NCBI RefSeq assembly: GCF_008065095.1
Contig: NZ_CP042911.1
Span: forward strand, 5,280,001 to 5,312,000
Reading direction: 5' to 3'
Length of the DNA: 32,000 bases
DNA from: Gemmata obscuriglobus
GTDB taxonomy: Bacteria; Planctomycetota; Planctomycetia; Gemmatales; Gemmataceae
Shown here piece by piece: positions 25,901 to 32,000 of the stretch. The stretch's first letter is position 1. Each line of letters begins with the position of its first letter. The notes beneath the pieces are model-generated. The model was not told the DNA's origin, did no database searches, and saw only the letters and a program-made list of their open reading frames with translations. The translations under genes and the position numbers were made by a program.

Positions 25901-25942
25901 GCTCGGGGCGCCGACGTGGGCGAGTGTGGGAGGCGCAATCAT
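22901..25942 (-). CDS. Hybrid sensor histidine kinase: REC - PAS x3 - LOV-like PAS - HisKA - HATPase_c - REC
   Basis: 1013 aa. The N-terminal receiver has VLIVEDD...DLILLDYRLPD. Repeated PAS modules each end in (D)VT(E/A)R. The H-box is GGVAHDFNNLL. G-boxes are DTGTGM and GHGTGLGLS. The C-terminal receiver has VLVVEDD...HLLLTDVVLPG...KPF. Confidence 0.95.
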   Translation of the reverse strand: MIAPPTLAHVGAPSATVLIVEDDAGLAELEQVRLEDAGYRVLVAATAAGALAALATTEVDLILLDYRLPDDTDGLDFYVQVKAAGYDVPVILVTGFSSEATVIRALRLGVRDFVTKSIEYLDYLPDAVERALGQVRTECQLASLIAAAHDAIIGAGPDRRVTLFNPAAERMFRCPAAGALGRPVGDFIPGTPSAGDGDAAPAQAFPARGIRQGGDEFPAEVSVSLGSTGGRRFYTLIVRDVTERERMASELRRTGELLGAVVEGTTDAIFVKDRAGRYLLANSAAAAVMGRPAAEVLGRSDADLFDPVSARVIRSNDLEVIETGRVVTDEEALTTGGQLRTFSVTKAPHRNADGAVVGVLGISRDVTERNRLAGERDALLARLRLQIERMPLGYILFGADARVVEWNPAAERIFGHPRSAALGMSGFDLMPASSQHEAGVLFERIRSGDMSAHSVNENLTRDGRVIVCEWHNTPLFGDDGRFTGFLCLTQDVTARRAAEEALRVRDRAIQAVTQGILISDAEHPDHPVVFASPGFERLTGYTAAEVMGRNWHLLQGRDTSAEAVAQVRAAVRAGVPCAVELLNYKKDGSPFWSELSISPVRDATGRLTHFIGVHTDVTRRRNLEDQFRQAQKMDALGRLAGGVAHDFNNLLTVINGYSTLLLNEVGPKSPLREHIEEIRHAGKRSADLTRQLLAFSRQQVLAPQVLDLSTVTRGTEKLLRQLLGADIRLRVSAGARVWPVRADPGQIEQVLMNLAVNARDAMPTGGALTVEIGNAELDEGYAREHRGARPGPHVRLSVSDTGTGMSQDVLSRIFEPFFTTKAAGHGTGLGLSTVYGIVEQSAGHLAVTSAPGAGTRFDIYFPRAAEPAAPGPVTVPTVSPAGGAETVLVVEDDARVRAFARLTLTARGYKVLEASDGAEALAVAAAHPGPIHLLLTDVVLPGASGRVVAEQLRAGRPGLEVLFMSGYTDGSLLKYGVRCDTEHFLPKPFLSESLAAKVREALDHSQHLRSRTG
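24083..24430 (-). other. LOV-type PAS domain (residues ~505-620 of the kinase) lacking the photoactive cysteine
   Basis: ILISDAEHPDHPVVFASPGFERLTGYTAAEVMGRNWHLLQG...LLNYKKDGSPFWSELSISPV...FIGVHTDVT aligns with the LOV consensus ..ITDA...D.PI.FAS..F...TGY...E..GRNCRFLQG...L.NY.KDG..FWN.L...P....G....FIGVQ.D.T. The W551 codon (CCA on the plus strand) is at 24290-24292. Confidence 0.7.
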
Positions 25943-25993
25943 CAGTGGGTTCCCTGCGTTCGGCCGGGTGCCGGCCCGGTGCTCCGTGCGTCG

Positions 25994-28129
25994 TCAGGCC
26001 CGCGAGCCGGCGAGCGCCGCCGGTTCGTTCGCGCTGAGCACCTGCCGCACCTTCGTCAGCAGATCGTCCACCTCGAACGGCTTCTGAAGGAACTCGGCGT
26101 CGGCCGACTCGATCCCGTGGCGCACCCGCGGGTCGTCGGTGTACCCGCTCATGTACAGGAGCCGCAGGCCCGGGTCCTGCTCGCGGAGCGCGTCGGCCAG
26201 CTCCCGCCCGCTCATCCCCGACATGACCACGTCGGTCAGCAGGAGGTGGATGGGGCCGCGGGTCTTGTAGAGTTCGAGCGCCTCCTCGCCGCTGCCCGCT
26301 TCCGCCACCTTGTACCCGGCGCCGCGCAGGGTGAGCGCCGCGAGCACGCGCACCGGGCGCTCGTCCTCGACCAGCAGCACCGTTTCACCACCGCGCGGGC
26401 GGGGCGTGGCCGCCGCCTTCGGCACGACCGGGACCGGCTTCGCCGCGGCCGGCAAGTACATCGTGAACGTGGTGCCCACCCCGATCGTGCTGTCCACCAC
26501 GATGTGCCCGCCCGACTGTTTGACGATGCCGTACACGGACGCCAGCCCGAGCCCGGCCCCCTTGCCGACCCCCTGGGTCGAAAAGAACGGCTCGAAGATC
26601 TGCCCCTTCACGTCGACCGTCATGCCGTACCCGGTGTCGGCGACCATCAACCGGACGTACCGGCCGGGGGCCAAATCGCCGGGCGCCGGCCCGCCGTCGT
26701 GGAGGTCCACCGCGTCCGTCGTGAGCGTGAGGCGGCCGCCCTGCGGCATCGCCTCGCGGGCGTACACGCACAGGGTCGCGAGCGCCTGCTCGATCTGGTC
26801 CGGGTCGGCCGAAACGAGGCCGAGGTTGGTGCCCAAGGCGAGCACCAGGCGCACGTCGCCGCCGACCAATTTGGTAAGCACCTTCTGAGCCTCGGTCACC
26901 AGCCCGTTCACGTTGAGCACCTGGGGGCGCAGCACCTGCAAGCGGCCGAACGCGAGGAGCTGCCGCGTCAGGTCGGTGGCGCGGGCGCTCGCGGCGCGGA
27001 CCTCCCCGAGCGCGTCACCGGCGGGGGTGCCCTCCGGACACACGGCGATGAGCTGCCGGGTGTAGCCGTTGATGATGGTGAGCAGGTTGTTGAAGTCGTG
27101 CGCCACCCCGCCCGCGAGCTGGCAGATCGCGTCCATCTTCTGCGTCTGGCGGAACTGGTCCTCGTGGCGGCGCGCGGCCGTCACGTCCTGTGCGAGTGAC
27201 AGGACCCCCTGAAACGTGCCCGCGGCGTCAACGAGCGGCGCGTGGTGCCACTCGCACAGGATCTCGCGCCCGCTCTTGGTGACGTTCTCGGCCACCTCGT
27301 GCGCGTCGCGGTCCCCGGTCGCGAGCCGGGCGAACGTGCTCTCGGCGGCGCCCCGCGCACGCGCCGGAACGACCACCTCGAACGGGCGCTTGCCGAGCAC
27401 CTCGGCCCGGGCGAACCCGAACACTCGCTCGGCGGCGCTGTTCCAGTAGGTGTACCGGTTGGCCTCGTCGCTCAGCAGGTAGGCGAGCGGCAGGAGTTCG
27501 AGTTGGAACGCCAGACGGGTGCGTTCGTCGGCGCCCGCGGCCCCCTCGTGCGCCACTTCGGTGTGCGTGCCGACCCACTCGCGCACCGTTCCGTCCGCGT
27601 CCAGAATCGGCACCCCACGGACGACCATTCGGCGGTATTCGCCGCTCGCGTGCCAGAGCCGGTGCTCCGTTTCGAACTCACGCCGCTCGGACCGCGCCGC
27701 CGCCCAGGCGCCGCGGTACGGCTCCTGGTCTTCCGGGTGCACAACACGCAGCCACCCGTGCCCCCGGTGCTCGCCGAACGGTTGGCCCGTGAACGCGCTC
27801 CACTCCGGCTGCTCGGTTTCAAATTCCCCGACCGGGTCTGCGCGCCACACGATCGCGACGGACGTGCTGACCAGGGCACGGAACCGCTCCTCGTTCGCCC
27901 GCAGTTCGTCCTCGGCGCGGGTCCGCTCGGCGAGTTCGTGCCGGAGCCCGTCGGCGTCGGCGGCCAAACCGGCCGTGCGAATCCGGACCCGCGACTCGAG
28001 CGTGTCGGTCGCCTGTCGCAACAGCGCGGCCGTCTGATCCCGCTCTCGGGCGACGCGCCGAACGAAAACGACCAACAGCCCACCGAGAGCGAAAGCTGCT
28101 CCCGCCGCGATCGCCAATGCGAATACCAT
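25994..28129 (-). CDS. Membrane-anchored hybrid sensor histidine kinase: TM - coiled coil - PAS x2 - HisKA - HATPase_c - REC
   Basis: ATG at 28129 (MVFALAIAAGAAFALGGLLVVF). The track ORF starts 4 codons upstream at TTG 28141. The H-box GGVAHDFNNLL, GKGAGLGLAS and the receiver VLLVEDE...HLLLTDVVMSG...KPF are present. The transmitter and receiver are clearly paralogous to the downstream kinase. Confidence 0.9.
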   Translation of the reverse strand: MVFALAIAAGAAFALGGLLVVFVRRVARERDQTAALLRQATDTLESRVRIRTAGLAADADGLRHELAERTRAEDELRANEERFRALVSTSVAIVWRADPVGEFETEQPEWSAFTGQPFGEHRGHGWLRVVHPEDQEPYRGAWAAARSERREFETEHRLWHASGEYRRMVVRGVPILDADGTVREWVGTHTEVAHEGAAGADERTRLAFQLELLPLAYLLSDEANRYTYWNSAAERVFGFARAEVLGKRPFEVVVPARARGAAESTFARLATGDRDAHEVAENVTKSGREILCEWHHAPLVDAAGTFQGVLSLAQDVTAARRHEDQFRQTQKMDAICQLAGGVAHDFNNLLTIINGYTRQLIAVCPEGTPAGDALGEVRAASARATDLTRQLLAFGRLQVLRPQVLNVNGLVTEAQKVLTKLVGGDVRLVLALGTNLGLVSADPDQIEQALATLCVYAREAMPQGGRLTLTTDAVDLHDGGPAPGDLAPGRYVRLMVADTGYGMTVDVKGQIFEPFFSTQGVGKGAGLGLASVYGIVKQSGGHIVVDSTIGVGTTFTMYLPAAAKPVPVVPKAAATPRPRGGETVLLVEDERPVRVLAALTLRGAGYKVAEAGSGEEALELYKTRGPIHLLLTDVVMSGMSGRELADALREQDPGLRLLYMSGYTDDPRVRHGIESADAEFLQKPFEVDDLLTKVRQVLSANEPAALAGSRA

Positions 28130-28431
28130 ACGCTCATCCAATCAACTTGCCTTTTCCGCCTGGTGCATCCGGAACCTTAGAGGCGAAGTAAGGGCGGGCG
28201 TGTCGGGCAAACCCCGCAAAACGTCCGTGCCGGATGAGCGGGTGCGGGATGATTGTGGGCGCGAGAGAAGTTCTAGGGCGGTGCGCGACGCGGCTGTCAC
28301 GTCGCGTGTGGCCAACACATACTTATTTTGCGAATCTGTAACGGCTCGATTACAGTGAGCCTCACCAAGAAGTGGTTCCGCATCGAACGCAGCAGCCTGC
28401 ATTTGCTCCAAAATGCGGTGTCATCATCATC

Positions 28432-28442
28432 GGGGGGGGGGG
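28432..28442. repeat. G11 homopolymer preceded by (TCA)3
   Basis: tgTCATCATCATCGGGGGGGGGGGcgcgg, read directly. It is intergenic, 290 nt upstream of ATG 28129 of the membrane-anchored kinase (it reads as C11 on that strand). Confidence 0.95.
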
Positions 28443-28717
28443 CGCGGCTGTTCCGGCTCGTGCGAGCGGCGGCAATCGCTTACTCGCCCGCATAACTTGC
28501 CGAACCGATTGCCGTATTTGCAATGATCACGTGTACCGAGTGAGGGCCTGCGCTACCGCTTTGGTGCCTGCGTTACACCCGAACCACCTCGGACGAACCC
28601 GCACGACTTCGCCCGTTGCGCCTGTCGGCCTTACATTGGTGATACGTACCCGGCAGTCTCCAACGGGACCGCTCCAAGAGCGTCTGTTCCCGCCCGCACC
28701 ACTTCGCGAATCGTCGC

Positions 28718-29641
28718 CTACTTCCCGGCGGCCCACTTGCGCCACGCCGCCTCGAGCGGCGCGAACCCCTTGTCCTTCTCCCGCAATCCGGCGGCTTCCA
28801 GAGCCTGCGGGAAGGTCGGGGCGTCGTTGTTCTCGCTTGGCATCAGGCCGCTGAGGATCATCGGGAACTTGGCCGCTCCCGGCCCGAAGGTGAGGTACTC
28901 GGCCAGCGACTGCCCGAGCACGTCGTTGGCGGCGGACTTCGCCTCCCCCCACACGTCGTCCAGCTTCGCGCCCTTGGCAATCGCGGCGCGGGCCTGTGTC
29001 CGGTACGCGGTGTACCGCCGCGCCGTGGTGCCCTCGGCGCGCATCGCCGTGACCCGACCGAACCCGTCGCGGAGCCAGTCCGGCACGTTCTGGGTGCCGG
29101 TCCCCTTCCCCTTCAGGTGCTCGCCGGCGATCCGGGCCGCGGTGTTGAAGTACAGTTCGGCGTCCGTAGTCTTTGCAGGCGCCTCGGCGGGGTCCACGAG
29201 GAACGGCGGATCGGCCCGCAAGTCCGAATGGATGCCCTCGGGCGCCACCTGAAACGCCCGCCGCATGAGCGCCTTGTACTCGGCGCTGTCGGGCATGAAG
29301 TAAACTGTCAGTTTCCCTTTCCAGGGCGCTTCCTTGTCGTCGAACTTCAGCGCCTTGCGGGCCACGGCGGTCGCCTTTTCCAGCGCCTCGCCAAGGGCCT
29401 TTGCCTTCTCCGGCGGGAGCGCACCGGCGACCAGATAGTTGGCGGTTTCGACCACCGTCGGCTTGTCGATGTTGGCCTTCTTCAGGTTCGCGACGGCGAC
29501 GGCTTTCGCCCCTTTCACAATCGCGTCCTTGTCCTGCGCGTCCGCCGGGTGCGGAGTGGACAGGCCGACGGCCAGAGCACAGCACAAGGCGAGGCCGAAC
29601 AAAGCGCGGTACAGCACAGATGAGTCTCCGTCAGAAGACAC
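28718..29641 (-). CDS. Secreted hypothetical protein (about 300 aa)
   Basis: GTG at 29641. An alternative GTG at 29617 gives MLYRALFGLALCCALAVGLS. It has a signal-peptide-like N-terminus and balanced composition. No family was recognised. Confidence 0.75.
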   Translation of the reverse strand: MSSDGDSSVLYRALFGLALCCALAVGLSTPHPADAQDKDAIVKGAKAVAVANLKKANIDKPTVVETANYLVAGALPPEKAKALGEALEKATAVARKALKFDDKEAPWKGKLTVYFMPDSAEYKALMRRAFQVAPEGIHSDLRADPPFLVDPAEAPAKTTDAELYFNTAARIAGEHLKGKGTGTQNVPDWLRDGFGRVTAMRAEGTTARRYTAYRTQARAAIAKGAKLDDVWGEAKSAANDVLGQSLAEYLTFGPGAAKFPMILSGLMPSENNDAPTFPQALEAAGLREKDKGFAPLEAAWRKWAAGK

Positions 29642-29667
29642 GGCGTCGAACCCGAGTATAGCTCAAC

Positions 29668-29688
29668 GCGGCCGGCCGCGCCGGCCGC
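29668..29688 (-). terminator. GC-only 9-bp stem / 3-nt loop hairpin abutting the dapB stop codon
   Basis: GCGGCCGGC-cgc-GCCGGCCGC lies directly adjacent to the dapB stop (29689-29691) and upstream of the next minus-strand gene start. Function is inferred. Confidence 0.4.
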
Positions 29689-30480
29689 TCACAGCCCGAG
29701 TACGTCGTTCATGGTGTACCGCCCGGCCGGGCGGTTCGCCATGTGCTTCGCGGCCAGCAGCGCCCCGCGCGCGTAGCTGTCGCGGTTGTGCCCCTTGTGG
29801 ACCAGTTCCAGCGTCTCGCCGATGGTGGTGAAGACGATCGTATGCTCGCCCACGTTGTCGCCGCCGCGCACCGCGTGGATGCCGATCTCCTCGGCCTTGC
29901 GCTCGCCCACAATGCCCTCGCGGCCGTGGACGAACTGCCCCCCCTGCACTTCCCGGATGATCTCGCCGAACCGCACCGCCGTGCCGCTCGGCGAGTCCTT
30001 CTTGAACCGGTGGTGCCGCTCGATGATCTCCGCGTCGAACCCCTTACCCTTGAGCGCCTCGGAGGTGAGCCGGACCAACTTGAACAGCAGGTTCACAACC
30101 AGGCTCATGTTGGGCGCGTACAGTACGGCGGTCATATGCGCCGCGGCCTCGATCTCCGCCTTTTGCGCGTCGGTGTGGCCGGTGGTGGCGACCACGATCG
30201 GGATCTGCCGGTCCACGCACACCGGCAGCACGGCCATGGTGCCCGAGGGCGCGGAGAAGTCGATCAGCGTATCGACGCGGGTGCCGAGGGGCAGGTCGTA
30301 GCGGATCGGCACGCCGTTCGGACCGATGCCCGCCACTTCGCCGGAGTCTTTACCTTGCGCCGGATTCGTGGCGGCGTCCACGGCCGCGACCAGCACCAGG
30401 TCCGGGTCCTCTTTGGCCAGCGCCACCAGCCGCTGCCCCATCCGCCCGCACGCCCCGTTAACCGCGATATGAACTTTCAT
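29689..30480 (-). CDS. dapB: 4-hydroxy-tetrahydrodipicolinate reductase
   Basis: ATG at 30480 (MKVHIAVNGACGRMG, a Rossmann GxxGxxG). The signature ERHHRFKKDSPSGTA is present. 263 aa. The longer track ORF extension to 30642 overlaps the neighbouring gene and is Arg-rich. Confidence 0.95.
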   Translation of the reverse strand: MKVHIAVNGACGRMGQRLVALAKEDPDLVLVAAVDAATNPAQGKDSGEVAGIGPNGVPIRYDLPLGTRVDTLIDFSAPSGTMAVLPVCVDRQIPIVVATTGHTDAQKAEIEAAAHMTAVLYAPNMSLVVNLLFKLVRLTSEALKGKGFDAEIIERHHRFKKDSPSGTAVRFGEIIREVQGGQFVHGREGIVGERKAEEIGIHAVRGGDNVGEHTIVFTTIGETLELVHKGHNRDSYARGALLAAKHMANRPAGRYTMNDVLGL

Positions 30481-30536
30481 GTGTGCCTCGGCGATCTGTC
30501 GTCGTTCCGTGTCGGTTCGCTTTCCAACATATCGGC

Positions 30537-31217
30537 TCACGGGCCGTGGGGCACGCTGCCGTCGTAGGACACGCTGTTCGCCCGGCCGAGGTGGCGCACC
30601 GGGGCGTGCCGGGCGGCCCGCTGAGCGGCGTCCGCGGCCCAACCGGTAAAGTGATCGGTAGCGCTGCGACAGGCCGGAAGATCGTCGTGCTCGAAAACGA
30701 GCACGCTCCCGCCGACCGCGCTCAATTTCTTGCCCCCCACGTCGGGGTTGATCGCGTAGCCGATCTGGAACGCGCCGCCCCGCGTCGGGCTGTCGGCACC
30801 GGCGTCGACCGCGTCGGGACAGCGGAACACGCGCACCGAGTTTTCAACGAACGGCGTCACGGCCCCGGCGGGCGTGTACCCCGGCAGCGCGCTGGTAACC
30901 GTGGCCCCGGGGCGGTTGTCGTAGGGGCACCACCAGGTTTCGTTCGGCCCGGTGAAGGTGTTCGCCGGGTCGCACGCGCGGCACAGCGGGTCTTTGCCGC
31001 CCTGCCACGGGGCGGGACAGGCGCGTGCGAACGGCAGCGTCTTGTGGGCGTCGTGGTACATGTGGAGGCCGAGGCCGATCTGCCGCAAGTTGTTCTTACA
31101 GACGGCGCCGTTGGCGGCGGCCCGGCCCCGTTGCACGGCGGGCAACAGCAGAGCGAAGAGCACCCCGAGGATCGTGAGCACGACAAGGGTTTCGAGGAGC
31201 GATAATCCGCGCCGCAT
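30537..31217 (-). CDS. DUF1559-like protein with prepilin-type N-terminal methylation domain
   Basis: ATG at 31217 is preceded by GGAGG. The N-terminus is [32 protein letters not shown]. The C-terminal [14 protein letters not shown] fits H-X9-DG. Confidence 0.85.
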   Translation of the reverse strand: MRRGLSLLETLVVLTILGVLFALLLPAVQRGRAAANGAVCKNNLRQIGLGLHMYHDAHKTLPFARACPAPWQGGKDPLCRACDPANTFTGPNETWWCPYDNRPGATVTSALPGYTPAGAVTPFVENSVRVFRCPDAVDAGADSPTRGGAFQIGYAINPDVGGKKLSAVGGSVLVFEHDDLPACRSATDHFTGWAADAAQRAARHAPVRHLGRANSVSYDGSVPHGP

Positions 31218-31269
31218 GACGCCTCCGGAACGCCACCCGACCGGGCACCGCGCGGGCGGACCGGAGCGG

Positions 31270-32000
31270 TCAGCACTGGGACTGGATGGCCGCCACAATG
31301 GCCCCCAGGTCGTTCGGCACCTGGACGGCCCGGTTTGCGAACGACACCGATTTCACGCCCCGCTTGCCGAGCTTCGCCTCAAACGTGGCGGGGTCGGCAC
31401 TGTGGTACGCGACAGTCTCGTCCGAGTCCTTCAGGACGTGGCCGGTCAGGATACAGACGACGCTCGCGTCGCGTTCGATCACGCCTTCGGCGACGAGGTG
31501 ACGGAGGCCGGCGACGCTCGCACCGCTCGCGGGCTCGCACCCGAGGCCGCCGGCCCCGACCTTCGCTTTCGCGTCCAAGATCTGCGCGTCGGGGACCGCC
31601 CGCACGACGCCGTTGCAGCAATCCAGAGCCCGGAGCGCCTTCGGCAGGTTCACCGGACGGTTGATCTCGATCGCGCTGGCGAGCGTGTCGGGCTTCCGGT
31701 TCGTCGCATCGAGTTCACCGTAATACCCGCTAACGCCGGCCGCATCGAACGCCCCGCCGTTCCAGCGCAGCCCGAGTCGCTCGTGGAGTTGGTAGGCGGT
31801 GTGGGCGCCCTCGGCGTTGATAACGGCGAGCCGTGGCAGGCGCGCGATCAGCCCCAGTTCGCGCAGCTCGAAGAACGCTTTTGCGAAGGCCGACACGTTC
31901 CCGAGGTTCCCGCCGGGGACGACCACCCAGTCCGGGACCTCCCACCGGAGCGCCTCCAGCACCCGGAACATGATCGTCTTCTGCCCCTCGAGCCGGAACG
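31270..32000 (-). CDS. thrC: Threonine synthase, C-terminal part (5' end outside the window)
   Basis: The frame stays open to the window edge (…[17 protein letters not shown]…). [11 protein letters not shown] and the C-terminal [10 protein letters not shown] follow the PLP-dependent threonine synthase pattern. Confidence 0.9.
   Translation of the reverse strand, partial: FRLEGQKTIMFRVLEALRWEVPDWVVVPGGNLGNVSAFAKAFFELRELGLIARLPRLAVINAEGAHTAYQLHERLGLRWNGGAFDAAGVSGYYGELDATNRKPDTLASAIEINRPVNLPKALRALDCCNGVVRAVPDAQILDAKAKVGAGGLGCEPASGASVAGLRHLVAEGVIERDASVVCILTGHVLKDSDETVAYHSADPATFEAKLGKRGVKSVSFANRAVQVPNDLGAIVAAIQSQC

Noticed and set aside
23903-27199. A 1098-aa plus-strand ORF running antisense through both histidine kinase genes and the gap between them
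   Set aside because: The product is dominated by Arg, Gly, Pro, Asp and His with no recognisable motifs. The opposite strand encodes two kinases with complete, ordered domain signatures. Long stop-free antisense frames are expected at this GC content.
28142-28717. Small ORFs (28142-28411 -, 28372-28854 +) and short 6-bp hairpins in the long region upstream of the membrane-anchored kinase
   Set aside because: The ORF products are Ser/Arg/Thr/Pro-rich with no motifs. The hairpins (CTGTAA/TTACAG, GCATTT/AAATGC) are too short to be significant on their own. Only the G11 tract was retained.
1-32000. A search for CRISPR arrays, rRNA or tRNA genes, transposases or integrases, and toxin-antitoxin or known defence-system gene pairs
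   Set aside because: I saw no regularly spaced direct repeats, no rRNA-like or cloverleaf-forming segments, and no DDE, tyrosine or serine recombinase, nuclease-helicase or TA-like motifs among the translated ORFs.

Overview
High-GC window (about 70% G+C in typical coding lines). It most likely comes from a Planctomycetota genome of Gemmataceae type. The taxonomic clue is two proteins with a prepilin-type N-terminal methylation motif followed by a DUF1559 / H-X9-DG-like C-terminus. About 27 credible protein genes sit on both strands, and I found no rRNA, tRNA, CRISPR array or transposase. Housekeeping amino-acid genes are lysA, argH, dapB and a partial thrC. They are interspersed with secreted or lipoprotein hypotheticals, an N-acetylmuramidase-family protein, an OlsB-like N-acyltransferase, a phosphodiester glycosidase and two tandem paralogous hybrid histidine kinases. 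The best candidate for an undescribed system is a tightly packed plus-strand cluster at 4897-7390. It encodes a stand-alone TusA-like protein, a DsrE-like protein, a small lipoprotein, and a fusion of a second TusA-like domain to a single-barrel ('core') cobalamin-independent MetE-type Zn enzyme. Other notable items: a LOV-type PAS domain in which the adduct Cys and several flavin contacts are replaced; a low-GC islet holding a lipoprotein gene split from its signal peptide by an in-frame TAA; three very long perfect palindromes (30, 43 and 30 bp arms) in intergenic DNA; a dyad array of AAAGTC motifs; a signal-peptide protein carrying a receiver-like domain; and a G11 homopolymer. Many long ORFs in the supplied track are antisense or upstream-extension artefacts typical of high-GC DNA, and I rejected them. 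All family assignments come from motif recognition by eye. No database search was run.
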